Positions 38,233-48,654 of a DNA stretch of 64,000 nt are shown here, one piece after another; the stretch's first letter is position 1, and each line of letters starts with the position of its first letter. This stretch comes from Gemmatimonadales bacterium (GTDB taxonomy: Bacteria > Gemmatimonadota > Gemmatimonadetes > Gemmatimonadales > GWC2-71-9). Made by a program: the position numbers and the translations under genes. The notes below the pieces were generated by a model that did no database searches, was not told the origin of the DNA, and saw only the letters and a list, made by a program, of their open reading frames with translations. The stretch spans positions 11,634 to 75,633 of the forward strand of contig JBBCJC010000011.1 of the NCBI GenBank assembly GCA_037189525.1, given 5' to 3'.

Positions 38233-39306
38233 ATGGATACCCCCCGCTACCTGATCATTGCCGACGGCAACTTCCACCCCCTGGAATCGAAGACCGCGAA
38301 CTCCGTCATCCGGTACCATCCGTCGCGGGTCGTCGCCGTGCTCGATCGGCGGACGGCAGGGAAAACCGTTCAGGACGTGCTGGGGTTCGGTGGCGCGACG
38401 CCGATCGTCGGATCGATCGAGGAGGGCCTGGCCTTCAAGCCGACGGCCGTGATGATCGGTATCGCCCCTGCCGGCGGCCGGTTGCCGGACGAGTGGAAGG
38501 GCTGGCTGACCAAGTCGCTCGATGCGGGGGCCGATCTGGTCAGCGGGTTGCACACGTTCCTCTCCGATGATCCCGACCTTGCCGCGCAGGCCAAGCGGCT
38601 CAGCCGGTCCATCTACGACGCCCGGAAGGCCCCGGCCAACCTGCCGATTGCGGCGGGCGAAGCGCGGCTGGTCGATCCGTTCGTGGTCCTGACTGTCGGG
38701 ACGGACTGCAACGTCGGCAAGATGACGGCGCAGCTCCAGCTGGTCGAAGGCCTCAAGGCGCGCGGGTTGCGGACCCGGTTCGTCGCGACCGGGCAGACCG
38801 GCATCTTCATCGAGGGGTGGGGCACGGCGGTCGACGCCGTGATCGCCGACTTCATCGCGGGTGCGGCCGAGGATCTGGTGCTCCAGGGCGCCAAGGACGC
38901 GGACATCGTGCTGGTCGAAGGCCAGGGCAGCATCAATCACCCAGGCTACTCGGGCGTCACGGTCGGCTTGCTGCACGGGTCCTGCCCCGATGCCTTGATC
39001 CTCTGCCACCAGGCGACCCGGAGCCACATCGGCGAGTATCGGACGACGCCGTGGCTCAAGATCCCGCCTCTGTCCCGCTATGTCGAGCTCTACGAGATGC
39101 TCGGCTCGGCGGTGCATCCGACCAAGGTGGTGGGTATCTGCCTCAACACCTACGATCTCAACGAGGCGGATGCGATCAAGGCGTGCCAGGCTGCCGCCGC
39201 CGAAACGGGGCTGCCGGCAACCGACCCGGTCCGGTTCGATGCGGCGCCGCTGCTCAACGCCTTGGTGCGCGAGCGGGAGAACTATCTGGAGCGTCGGGCG
39301 CGGTAA
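38233..39306 (+). CDS. DUF1611-family P-loop protein
   Basis: GIAPAGGRLP, SGLH, VGTDCNVGKMT, ATGQTG, DFIAGA, VEGQGS, LLHGS. Confidence 0.88.
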   Translation: MDTPRYLIIADGNFHPLESKTANSVIRYHPSRVVAVLDRRTAGKTVQDVLGFGGATPIVGSIEEGLAFKPTAVMIGIAPAGGRLPDEWKGWLTKSLDAGADLVSGLHTFLSDDPDLAAQAKRLSRSIYDARKAPANLPIAAGEARLVDPFVVLTVGTDCNVGKMTAQLQLVEGLKARGLRTRFVATGQTGIFIEGWGTAVDAVIADFIAGAAEDLVLQGAKDADIVLVEGQGSINHPGYSGVTVGLLHGSCPDALILCHQATRSHIGEYRTTPWLKIPPLSRYVELYEMLGSAVHPTKVVGICLNTYDLNEADAIKACQAAAAETGLPATDPVRFDAAPLLNALVRERENYLERRAR

Positions 39307-39386
39307 CGCGCTGCCGAGCTGGCGGATCGAGTACGAAGGGCGGGGCGCGTGAAGCGCTCCGCCCTTTCGTCGTCAGAGAAGGGTGA

Positions 39387-41291
39387 TCAGGCCGGCTGGT
39401 CGAAGATTGTACGTACCTTGCGAACCAGCAGTTCGAGTGAATACGGCTTGAGCAGAAAAGGATGCCCGCCGAGGTCCGCTTCGTCGAGATCAGCAGCTCC
39501 GGAGGTGAGCAGGGTGCGAACGCTGGAATAGCGGGTGCGGAGCTGCGCCAGGAGGTCCCGGCCATCGCCGTCGGGCAGGTGCAGATCCGCGATGACGAGA
39601 TCCGGAGGTTTCCGCATTTCGCCGGCCAGCTGGAGCGCCTCGGCGACACTGGCCGCCACCGCGACCTCGTATCCGTTGGCGGTCAACATGGCGTTGCCGA
39701 CGGCGCGCACCTGCGGCTGGTCTTCCACCAGGAGGATGGTCTCGGTCCCGCGAGCACCCGTTGCGTCGCTGCCCGCGCCAGGCGTTTCCTGGGTTTCCTG
39801 CGCACGTGGCAAATAGACGTGAAAGGTGGAGCCCTCTCCCAGCGTCGAATCGACCGTGATCACGCCCTGGAATCGTTCGATGATTCCGTGACAGGTGGCC
39901 AGGCCGAGTCCGGTGCCCGTGCCCCGGGGTTTGGTGGTGAAAAACGGCTCGAACATCCGGGCTCGCACATCGTCGGGAATACCGGTGCCGGTGTCCGTCA
40001 CCGAGATCCGGACCCAGTCGCCACTGGCCAGCGCGGCGGCGGTACCGGGACGGCCGTTCGGAACATTGCTGGTGGTAATGGTGACGGCGCCGCCGCTCGG
40101 CATGGCGTCGCGGGCGTTGACGACCAGGTTGGTGAGCACCTGTTCGAGCTGACCCCGGTCGGCCACCGTGGCCCAAAGGTCGGTTGCCAGTGCGGTGCCG
40201 CACTTGACGGTGCTGCCCACCAGACGGCTGAGCAGCCGCTCCAGGTCGGCCACCATGCGGTTCAGGTCGAGCTCGGTTGGTTCGGACGGCTGCCGTCGCG
40301 CAAACGACAGCAACTGTCGGGTCAACGCTGCGCCCCGATTGGCGGTGGCGGCGATACTCTCGAACACGGGGCGGACTGCCAGGGGAAGATCCGGCTCGCT
40401 CAGGCCGGTTTCCGCTTCGGCCAGCATGACGGCGAGCAGATTATTGAAGTCGTGGGCGACACCACCGGCCAGACGTCCCAGGGCGTCGAGTCGCTGGGCG
40501 TCCTGGAGCTGGGTTTCCAGGCGGCGGCGCGCGGTCGTGTCTTCGTACATTGCGACGAGCGCCCCCGGCGTTTCCGGATGGTCGGTCAGACGCGCCGCAC
40601 TGAGCCGCAGATCGATGATCGCACCGTCCGGCCGGCGATACTGCAGGTCGATGCCGGTCAGTTGACGGCCGCGCAAGACTCCGTCGAGGAGCAGGTGGGC
40701 CGGGCCCTCGATTGCATGATCCAGCGGCGGCATCGGCTGACCGATGACCTGGGAGGCGGGTACGCCGAAGACCTGCTCGGCGGCGCCGTTCCAGAGTCGG
40801 ACCGTCAGGTCGTCGTTCAAGACGGCAATCGGGAGCGGCGAGGCGTCGAACACGGCGCTCAGCAGGCGCTGGGTCCGGTGGAGTTCATCGCGCGCCTGGC
40901 GCAGACGCCACCGCCCCTCGGCCGTGCGTAAGGTGCGCACGAGCAGGTCGGGGTCCACCGGCTTGAGCAGGTAGTCGCACTCCTCCTCCCGCAGGGCACG
41001 GATGGCGCTTTCCAGCGTCCCGTTACCGGTCAGGATGACCACCTGCATTTCCCCCGAGTAGGCGTGCAATCGCACCGCCAGATCCAGCCCGTCCATGTCC
41101 GGCAGCCGGAGGTCGACCACGGCCACCGGCGGGGTGTGTCGCGCTTCCTGGGCAAGGGCCAGCGCCTCGCCACCGGTCTGCGCCGTGAGCGGCGCAAAGC
41201 CATGCAGGGGGAGGATGTCCTCCAGGGTCCGGGTCAGGATCTCGTCGTCGTCGACGACCAGGACCGGAACGTGATCAGCGTCGGTCAGCAT
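39387..41291 (-). CDS. Hybrid histidine kinase REC-PAS-HisKA-HATPase-REC
   Basis: VVDDD...[39 protein letters not shown]-terminal REC. Confidence 0.93.
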   Translation of the reverse strand: MLTDADHVPVLVVDDDEILTRTLEDILPLHGFAPLTAQTGGEALALAQEARHTPPVAVVDLRLPDMDGLDLAVRLHAYSGEMQVVILTGNGTLESAIRALREEECDYLLKPVDPDLLVRTLRTAEGRWRLRQARDELHRTQRLLSAVFDASPLPIAVLNDDLTVRLWNGAAEQVFGVPASQVIGQPMPPLDHAIEGPAHLLLDGVLRGRQLTGIDLQYRRPDGAIIDLRLSAARLTDHPETPGALVAMYEDTTARRRLETQLQDAQRLDALGRLAGGVAHDFNNLLAVMLAEAETGLSEPDLPLAVRPVFESIAATANRGAALTRQLLSFARRQPSEPTELDLNRMVADLERLLSRLVGSTVKCGTALATDLWATVADRGQLEQVLTNLVVNARDAMPSGGAVTITTSNVPNGRPGTAAALASGDWVRISVTDTGTGIPDDVRARMFEPFFTTKPRGTGTGLGLATCHGIIERFQGVITVDSTLGEGSTFHVYLPRAQETQETPGAGSDATGARGTETILLVEDQPQVRAVGNAMLTANGYEVAVAASVAEALQLAGEMRKPPDLVIADLHLPDGDGRDLLAQLRTRYSSVRTLLTSGAADLDEADLGGHPFLLKPYSLELLVRKVRTIFDQPA

Positions 41292-42000
41292 TGAGCACGT
41301 CCAGCAGACGGTCGATGGGGAGCGGTTTGGTAAAGGCGGCGTCGATCAGGCCTTCCGGCGTTTCCTCGACGGTTCGGTAGAGGTCATCCGGGTGGCCGCT
41401 GTAGAGAATCAGGAGCACCGACGGATTGACTTCGCGGATCGCGAGGATGCATGCCTTCGGATCGATGTGGTTGAGCCGAAGGTCCAGGAGGACCGCGGTT
41501 GGCCGATCGGCCGCCATGCGGGAGACGGCTTCGTTCAAGGTGCGCGCCTTGACGGGCGACAGCCCCTGCGTCGTGAGGAGCTCGCACAGGGTGTCGAGGA
41601 ACTCGGGCTGGTCATCGACGACCAGGACCGAGCGGGCATCGCCGCGGGCCGCCTCCAGATAGGTGAGCAGCGCCGGGAGATCGACCGGCTTGCGCAGAAC
41701 CTGCAGCACGCCCGCCGTCTCCGCCTCGGCGATCAGTTCTTGCGCTGCAAACGCGGTCATCAGCACCACCCGGGTCCCCGGGCGGTCCTTCTTGATGGCC
41801 TGGAGCGCTTCGACGCCATTGAGGCGGGGCATCCGAACGTCCATCAGGACGACATCGACGGACTGTTCGTGCGCCAGACGGACGGCGTCCTCGCCGTCGA
41901 AGGCCCGATAGGTTACCCAGCCGTTCAGTTCGAGGATATCGCAGAGCGTCTCGACCATGCCGCGGTCATCATCGACGACGAGGATCTGTTTGGTAGTCAT
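41275..42000 (-). CDS. Tandem receiver (REC-REC) response regulator
   Basis: LVVDDD/MDVRMP/RKP and LVVDDQ/LDLRL/TKP. Confidence 0.9.
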   Translation of the reverse strand: MTTKQILVVDDDRGMVETLCDILELNGWVTYRAFDGEDAVRLAHEQSVDVVLMDVRMPRLNGVEALQAIKKDRPGTRVVLMTAFAAQELIAEAETAGVLQVLRKPVDLPALLTYLEAARGDARSVLVVDDQPEFLDTLCELLTTQGLSPVKARTLNEAVSRMAADRPTAVLLDLRLNHIDPKACILAIREVNPSVLLILYSGHPDDLYRTVEETPEGLIDAAFTKPLPIDRLLDVLNADRR

Positions 42001-43754
42001 GAGGAGGCAATCGGTACGTGCAGCGTAAACGTCGTCCCGCGCCCGAGCGTGGACTCGAAGGAGAGGTCTCCGTTGTTGGCTCGGGCCAGGCTTCGGGAGA
42101 CGGCGAGCCCGAGGCCGATGCCTCGGGCTTTGGTGGTAAACAGCGGCTCGAAGATGCGGTCGCGATTCTCGTCGGTGATCCCGCTTCCGGTGTCCGTGAC
42201 ATCGATGGCCAATCGGTCACCGTCGAGCCGCGTCCGTATCGTCATGGTGCCCCCGTCCGGTTCCATGGCTTGGACGGCATTGCTCAGGAGATTGATGACG
42301 ATCTGGCCGATCTGCACCGAGTCGACGAACATGGCTGGAGGGCCGCCGAACTCCTTCACCACCGCGACGGATTTCGGGGTTGCGACCCGTCCCATGGCCT
42401 CGTCGATAAAGGGGCCAACGGCAACCGTGCTGCGCTGAGGGGGCTTGATCCGGGCGTAGTCGAGGAGGTCCGAGACGATCTTCTCCGAGACGCGGATCTG
42501 GCCGCGGATGATGCCCAGGTACTCGCGGACTTTGGGTGGTGCGTCCCGCTGAGTGGCTTCGAGGTAGTAGACCGCGTTGGTCATCACACCCAACGGGTTG
42601 CGTAACTCGTGGCCAACGCTGCTGGAGAGCTGGCCTAACGTGGCGAGCCGTTCCTTTCGGATCAGGTCCTTTTGAGCGGCTTCCAGTTGGGTGAGCGCCT
42701 CGGACAGCTGATTGGTTCGGGTCGCCACCTGGCTTTCCAGGGTCTCGATTCCGGCTCGGACCTGATCAGTCATCGATGCGAACGACCGGGCCAGGATGCC
42801 GATTTCGTCCCGACGCCCGGTTGCCAGGACCGAGAGCGAGAAGGTGTTGCCGCTGGCAATTGCCTCGGTGGCATGCGTGAGCGACTCCAGCGGCTGGGTG
42901 ATGGTCCGGCCGACCCACCAGGCGAGTGCGGCGCCCAGTGCAACGACGATGAGACCGATTCCGAGGAATGTCTGCGTGAGCGTTCGGGCGGGAGCCAAGG
43001 CCTGATCAGCGGGCATCTCCACCGAGACGACCAACGGTAGCCCGGGGAACTGTTCGCTTGCTGCGATCCGGTGTGCTCCCTCTCGATCGTACTCGCGTCC
43101 GCCCGAGGTCGGTGGGGGACGATCGACCACTCGCCTCATATCGGTCCAGACGGTTCCATCGAGGTTGCCGAAAAGCAGGACGGCGTCGGGACCGATCAGA
43201 TTGGTGAGTTGGGCAATGGCCGTCGCGGCCGCGACGAGGCGGTGCGTCTGGACCACATGACCGAGTGTGGCTCCTCCGATCCGTACCGGTGCGCTGACTT
43301 CGAAAAAAACGGTGTCGCTCGCAACGAAGAGCGGGCCAACGGCTGCCGTATCGGCTCGGGAATACGGCGCCGGCGGCGCGGACGCTCCCGCTTCTGCCAC
43401 GACGGCGCCGCTGGCGTCCCGCAGGCTGATGGAGGCCAGCGGGTTGTTGGCCGGAAGCAGCTCCTGCAGGATGCCGGCGACCCCAGCGGTCTGGGATGGC
43501 GTCTGGAGTGCGGCAATCACGGCCGCATTCTCCGCGCCCCGGACGAGACGGGTGCGGGCGGTGAGGAAGCCGGGGTTGGCCATCTGGACGAACTGCTGAG
43601 CGACCGACTGCAGGCGCGCGACGGCCGCTTCTTTGGCGCTTCGGCGCACGACCTGATAGGCCACGACACCGAACGCGAGCACGACGAGCAACAACATCGC
43701 CACCATGGCAGCGATGAATCGAAGTCGTAACGAAATGTACCGAGGTTCGCTCAT
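41997..43754 (-). CDS. Membrane sensor histidine kinase with HAMP domain
   Basis: Two TM helices, DEIGILARSF, GHELRNPL, NLLSNAVQAM, GIGLGL. Confidence 0.93.
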   Translation of the reverse strand: MSEPRYISLRLRFIAAMVAMLLLVVLAFGVVAYQVVRRSAKEAAVARLQSVAQQFVQMANPGFLTARTRLVRGAENAAVIAALQTPSQTAGVAGILQELLPANNPLASISLRDASGAVVAEAGASAPPAPYSRADTAAVGPLFVASDTVFFEVSAPVRIGGATLGHVVQTHRLVAAATAIAQLTNLIGPDAVLLFGNLDGTVWTDMRRVVDRPPPTSGGREYDREGAHRIAASEQFPGLPLVVSVEMPADQALAPARTLTQTFLGIGLIVVALGAALAWWVGRTITQPLESLTHATEAIASGNTFSLSVLATGRRDEIGILARSFASMTDQVRAGIETLESQVATRTNQLSEALTQLEAAQKDLIRKERLATLGQLSSSVGHELRNPLGVMTNAVYYLEATQRDAPPKVREYLGIIRGQIRVSEKIVSDLLDYARIKPPQRSTVAVGPFIDEAMGRVATPKSVAVVKEFGGPPAMFVDSVQIGQIVINLLSNAVQAMEPDGGTMTIRTRLDGDRLAIDVTDTGSGITDENRDRIFEPLFTTKARGIGLGLAVSRSLARANNGDLSFESTLGRGTTFTLHVPIASS

Positions 43755-43869
43755 ACGGAGACCTCCGTTATTCCAACGGTCCGGACCGCGTGGCGCGTCC
43801 CGAACCTAACGACGTTGACGTGATCCCGTCACCGGGTGGATCGAATCGACTCCGTCATCGATCGGTCGA

Positions 43870-45018
43870 TCATACCGAACTCGCGATCGTCGTCACGTAA
43901 ATGGCACCGGCTATCGGCAGATTGGCCCAGTAATTCTCGATCCGGGTCACCAGTCCTTCGGTCGCTTCCTGGCCACGGGCAATCAGCAGCTGGCCGTCGG
44001 CTGTTCGAACATCACTCACGAAAATCATGCCCGGTTGGACGGCGGTGAGCGCGACCTCTCGAACCGGCGCCGCATCCGACTTGGGCTCGTGAAGGGCACG
44101 GAGTCGTGTCAGCAAGTCCGGGTCGTATCGTCCGGCGTGGCTGGCGAGGCGGCGGAGCGCATCGTCGGGTTCCACCCCGGCCGTGAGCAGGTCATCGAAG
44201 GCAAACGCGAGCGTCAGAAGCCGGGCGCCGAGGGGAATGTCCACTGCGCCAGGCTGGTTGGGCGCCCCGACGGGAAGGCCGATCCCGAGCAGGATTGCGC
44301 GCACGGACTCGAGGCGCGGAATGTTCGCGATGATCCGCGCGGCGACATGCGGGACCTCAGCGACGGCCTCGCTCTCCTGCGCGGTCAGGCCCGCGCCCGT
44401 TGCCAGCTTGTCGACGACCGATGGCGCCAGCGAGATGGTCCCGATCTGAGACACCATCGCCGCCACGTCCACTGCCCACCAGTTCGAGATCTCGAGATCG
44501 CCGGCGATCCGATGAGCCAGTCGTTTGACCCGCCCGGCACGTCCGAATGCGCCCGGCTGGGAAATCGCGAGGATGTCGACCAACGCGGCAACGCTGCCGT
44601 GTAAGGTCCGCTCGAGGAGGACCCGTTCGCCGACCACCAGGTCGTGCTGGACGCGCGCCGCATCCAATGCCGCGATCAGAACCTCCGACGCGCACGGCTT
44701 TTCCAGGAAGCGGAAGATGCTGCCTTCGTTGACGGCATCGATCGCCGCCGACAGATCGGCCTGCCCGGTGAGCAGGATGCGAACGGCGTCCGGCTGCATG
44801 GTCCGGATGGCGCGGAGCAGCGCCACACCGTTCATGCCCGGCATGTTGTAGTCGGACACCACGATCGTGAACTGACGCTCGGCGGCGAGCGCAACCGCCT
44901 GATTCCCGTGCTCGGCGCTGACGACCTCGAAGCGCCGGTGCAGCATGCGCGTCACCGCCTCCAGCAGCCGCGGATCGTCGTCGACGATCAGGATCGGAGG
45001 ACGCCCGGCGACGGTCAT
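43870..45018 (-). CDS. Response regulator with a degenerate HD/HD-GYP-like domain
   Basis: REC (VDDD, SDYNMP, EKP); the HD position reads MVSQIG; IPLGARLL, GRYDP. Confidence 0.8.
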   Translation of the reverse strand: MTVAGRPPILIVDDDPRLLEAVTRMLHRRFEVVSAEHGNQAVALAAERQFTIVVSDYNMPGMNGVALLRAIRTMQPDAVRILLTGQADLSAAIDAVNEGSIFRFLEKPCASEVLIAALDAARVQHDLVVGERVLLERTLHGSVAALVDILAISQPGAFGRAGRVKRLAHRIAGDLEISNWWAVDVAAMVSQIGTISLAPSVVDKLATGAGLTAQESEAVAEVPHVAARIIANIPRLESVRAILLGIGLPVGAPNQPGAVDIPLGARLLTLAFAFDDLLTAGVEPDDALRRLASHAGRYDPDLLTRLRALHEPKSDAAPVREVALTAVQPGMIFVSDVRTADGQLLIARGQEATEGLVTRIENYWANLPIAGAIYVTTIASSV

Positions 45019-46211
45019 CGCGCGACTTCCAGCTCGGTCGCCAGCTCGCGCCAGTGGGGAACCTTTTCGCCGAGGTCGCGGGCCGAGAGGGCTGCCTCGT
45101 CGAGGACTGCGGGATGGCGGTGGGCGTCGCGGCCATCGGTTGTCTGTTCCCGAATCAGTGCGTCGGCGACATGGACATAGATGGCGAGGCCGGCGGGATC
45201 GGGTTCGAGGCCCGGAGTATGGTGATAACGCGCGGCACCGACGATCGACCAGGGCAGTCCCCAGAGCCCGAGCGCATAGGCGCCGAGGCTCGCGTGCGTC
45301 GTGCCGAGCACCGCTTCCTCGGCAAGGTGCATCGGGAGGCCCTCGGCGTCGGCATGCGCGACCACGGCGTCGTAGTGATCGGGACCCCGGCTGGCCAGGA
45401 GCAGACGCCCGACATCGTGCAGCAGCCCGGCGGAGAATGCGGCCTCCGCCTGAGTGTGGCTGGGCGCGAGCCGCCGGGCCAGCACGCCGACGGCAATCGC
45501 ATGGGCCTGTTCACGCTTTGCGTCGAATCCGAGCGGCAGCGCCAGGTCCTCGATCGAGCGGAACATCCCGTGCACCATCGCCAGCGACTGGATCAGCCTG
45601 CTGCCCAGCAAGCTGACCGCCCACTCGATGCTCAACACGTCCCGGCTCGGCCCGAAGAAGGATGAGTTGACGAGCTGCAGGACCTTGGCCGCCAGGGACG
45701 CGTCGCGCTCGACCACGGCGGCGACATCGCCGACCGTCACGTCATCCCGGGCCAGCAGCTCGGTGAGCAGCCGGTAGACGGCCGGCACGGTGGGGAGTGT
45801 CTCGGCGCTGCCGACGATTGCCTCCAGCACCGGATCCGTGACCAGGTCTCGGAGCAGGCAGGCGCGCTCCAGCACGGCTTGGAGTGTGGTGGGGTCGCAG
45901 GGTTTCGCGAGGAACTGATGGGCTACGCGGGATGCGAGCAGGGTGCTCCGCGCGTCGGTCTGGCCCGTCAACACCAGTCGGATCGTTCCGGGCCACTGCT
46001 CGGCAATGGCCGCCAGGAACGTGGCGCCGTCCATCTCCGGCATCCGCATGTCGCTCACGACGATGTCGAACGGTGCCCGGTTGCATTCGAGCAACGCATC
46101 CGTTGGACTGCTGATGAAGATCGCGTCCCATTCATCCCGCCGGCTGCGGAGCACCCGCCGCACGCCGTCGAGGACCCGGGGCTCGTCGTCGACGAAAAGG
46201 ATCCGTTTCAC
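45015..46211 (-). CDS. REC + HDOD domain protein
   Basis: FVDDE, SDMRMP; DASLAAKVLQLVNSSFFG, GLLHDVG, WGLP. Confidence 0.9.
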   Translation of the reverse strand: MKRILFVDDEPRVLDGVRRVLRSRRDEWDAIFISSPTDALLECNRAPFDIVVSDMRMPEMDGATFLAAIAEQWPGTIRLVLTGQTDARSTLLASRVAHQFLAKPCDPTTLQAVLERACLLRDLVTDPVLEAIVGSAETLPTVPAVYRLLTELLARDDVTVGDVAAVVERDASLAAKVLQLVNSSFFGPSRDVLSIEWAVSLLGSRLIQSLAMVHGMFRSIEDLALPLGFDAKREQAHAIAVGVLARRLAPSHTQAEAAFSAGLLHDVGRLLLASRGPDHYDAVVAHADAEGLPMHLAEEAVLGTTHASLGAYALGLWGLPWSIVGAARYHHTPGLEPDPAGLAIYVHVADALIREQTTDGRDAHRHPAVLDEAALSARDLGEKVPHWRELATELEVAR

Positions 46212-47491
46212 GGGGCCTCCTGAGGCATGCCCGCCTGGGGGAGGCGCAGATAGAATGTCGTGCTGCGGCCAACCTCGGACTCGAATCGGATCGAGCCGCC
46301 GTGCTTCTTGACCACGACGTCATAGACGAAGGACAACCCCTGCCCGCTGCCCAAGCCGCCCTCCCTGATGGAGAAGAAGGGGTCGAACACGCGTGGCTTG
46401 ACGGCGTCGGGAATGCCGGGTCCGGTATCGCTGACGGAGAGTTCGATGTCCGCTCCGGCCGATCGGGTTCGGATGTTGATCTGACCCGGCTCGCCACCGG
46501 GCCGCTCGTGGCTGGTGTCGGCGACGGCGTGCGCGGCATGGATGATCAGGGCGAGCACGGCTTGTTGGATCTCGCTGCGGAAGCAGGGGACGGTCGGCAG
46601 GTCCGGCTCGAGGTCGGTCGCCGTGGCAGCCACGTACTTCCACTCGTTGCGGGATAGCGCCAGCGTGGTGGCGACGATCGCATTCAGGTCCGTCGGTTCC
46701 CGTTCACCCGATCCGGGATGGGCAAAGCTCTTAACGGCACTGACAATTTCGCCGACGCGACGGACGCCTTCACGTGCCTGGCCCAGTGCGCGCGGAATTT
46801 CCGTGATAAGGAAATGAAGATCGATCTCATCCGCGAGGCTTTGAAGGCGCGCTGCATCCTCCGGAGCGATGCCCGATCGGTCGAGCACGGCCGTTTGCTG
46901 GTGAAGGAACGTGACGAGCTGGCGAAATCCCTCTTCGAGGAAACAGAGGTTGTCGCCGGCGTATTGGGTCGGGGTATTGATTTCGTGGGCAATGCCGGCC
47001 GCGAGGTGGCCGATGGCCTCGACGCGATGTGTCTGCGCGAGTTGCTGTTCGAGGAGCCGTCTGTCCGTGATATCGCGGAAGGCGCCAACCGAGCGGATTG
47101 CGACGCCCGTTTCGTCCCGGACGTAGTGACCCCAGATGGCGACCCAGCGGACCTCCCCGCTCGGATGGACGACCCGAGTCTCGAGTGAGAACGGCTCGCC
47201 CGAGCGCCGAGCGGCATCGATGGTCTGGAGAAACCGGCGCTGATCGTCGGGATGAATCGCGTTCACGATCTGACCGAAATCGGTAAGCTGCTCCGCGCTC
47301 GCCAGCAGCTCGGTCGCATGTCCGCCCCACTCGACTCGATCTTCGGCGATATAGCGATACCAGGTCCCGAGCTGCGCGGCTTCCATCGCAGCGCGGAGCA
47401 ACTCTTCGTGGGCGGTTGCAGTCGTCTCGCGGACCATCGGCGCCGGGTCCCGGTCGAGCTGCTGTGATAAGGCCGTCTCAGCCACGATCAA
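46208..47491 (-). CDS. Cytoplasmic PAS histidine kinase with a degenerate N-box
   Basis: IHPDD PAS; AHEINTP; N-box reads LALIIHAAHA; DTGPGI, GSGQGL; start uncertain. Confidence 0.85.
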   Translation of the reverse strand: MIVAETALSQQLDRDPAPMVRETTATAHEELLRAAMEAAQLGTWYRYIAEDRVEWGGHATELLASAEQLTDFGQIVNAIHPDDQRRFLQTIDAARRSGEPFSLETRVVHPSGEVRWVAIWGHYVRDETGVAIRSVGAFRDITDRRLLEQQLAQTHRVEAIGHLAAGIAHEINTPTQYAGDNLCFLEEGFRQLVTFLHQQTAVLDRSGIAPEDAARLQSLADEIDLHFLITEIPRALGQAREGVRRVGEIVSAVKSFAHPGSGEREPTDLNAIVATTLALSRNEWKYVAATATDLEPDLPTVPCFRSEIQQAVLALIIHAAHAVADTSHERPGGEPGQINIRTRSAGADIELSVSDTGPGIPDAVKPRVFDPFFSIREGGLGSGQGLSFVYDVVVKKHGGSIRFESEVGRSTTFYLRLPQAGMPQEAP

Positions 47492-47675
47492 GTCCTCATT
47501 CTACCGTCGGGTGGAGCATCCAGGTCGACGCTCCGTCGACACTGCATATCGATAGGAAGTATCGGCTTGGCGGCGCCGAGGTTGAGCAGGGCGCCGCCAA
47601 AGACTCCGCTATCTGAACTCGCCCGGCGAAGCATGACGCATTTCGTGACCGGAAACGACCGTGGTCGTGTACCGC

Positions 47676-48431
47676 TCAGGGTGAAGGGATTATCCCGGGA
47701 CTCAGGTCGGGGTGGTCTGAAAGTGGAGCATAGCCCGCCGGCCGCGAGTCGTGCGGATTGGGGTCGAGACGAATGCTGTACCCGACACCTCGGACCGTCT
47801 CGATGTACGGAGTGGTGACGATGGTCCGGAGCTTCCGGCGCAACTTGCCGACATGGACGTCCACGACGTTGCTCTCGGGATCGAACTGATGCTGCCAGAC
47901 ATGCTCGATCAAACGTGCCCGCCGGATCACGTGTCCCGGGTGGAGCATGAAGTACTCGAGCATGCGGAACTCGAGCGCGGTCAGCGTGAGCTCGAGCCCG
48001 TTGCCGGTAACCCGATGCCGCAGGCGATCGATTTTGAGCGGTCCGAGTTGCAGCACGTCCAGGCGATCCGAGCTGTGCCGGCGCTGGAGTGCGCGGATCC
48101 GGGCCAGGAGCTCGTCGATGCGAAATGGCTTGGTCAAGTAATCGTCGGCGCCAGCATCGAGCGCGGCAACGATCGCTTCGTGGGCTTCCGGAGGAGCGAA
48201 GAGCAGGATCGGGGCATTGCAGCCCTCGCGTCGTAACGCGCGAATCGCATCGACACCCGTCCCGCGTTCCAAGTCCGCGTCGATCATGACAACGTCGTAA
48301 TCGGCTTGTTGCAGCAGATTCGTGATGTCATGATGACTGCGGGCGACATCGACCACATACCCGCCATCGCTCAATTCGTGGGTGAGCCCCACCATCAGCG
48401 GCAGATTCGATTCGGCGAGTAAAAGCTTCAT
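47676..48431 (-). CDS. OmpR/CusR-family response regulator with an atypical receiver
   Basis: LLAESN in place of LLVEDD; GADDYLTKPF; SNVVDVHVGKLRRKL, TVRGVGY. Confidence 0.88.
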   Translation of the reverse strand: MKLLLAESNLPLMVGLTHELSDGGYVVDVARSHHDITNLLQQADYDVVMIDADLERGTGVDAIRALRREGCNAPILLFAPPEAHEAIVAALDAGADDYLTKPFRIDELLARIRALQRRHSSDRLDVLQLGPLKIDRLRHRVTGNGLELTLTALEFRMLEYFMLHPGHVIRRARLIEHVWQHQFDPESNVVDVHVGKLRRKLRTIVTTPYIETVRGVGYSIRLDPNPHDSRPAGYAPLSDHPDLSPGIIPSP

Positions 48432-48654
48432 GACGACCGCAGTTCGCTTCGAGGTAATGGTGCGTTGCTCGATGCGCAGGGAAGAAGGTGCGATTGATCC
48501 GCAATGTACGAAAACCGTCATGGTAGTCAACCGTTATACAGGTGAAAATGGCGATCTCGTTGGTGATGCATTCCTGCAATAGGGCCGAATGGCCCTACTA
48601 ACACATTGCAAGTCAGGTTAGAACGGTGCGCATCCGCCGTCGACGTCATCGTGC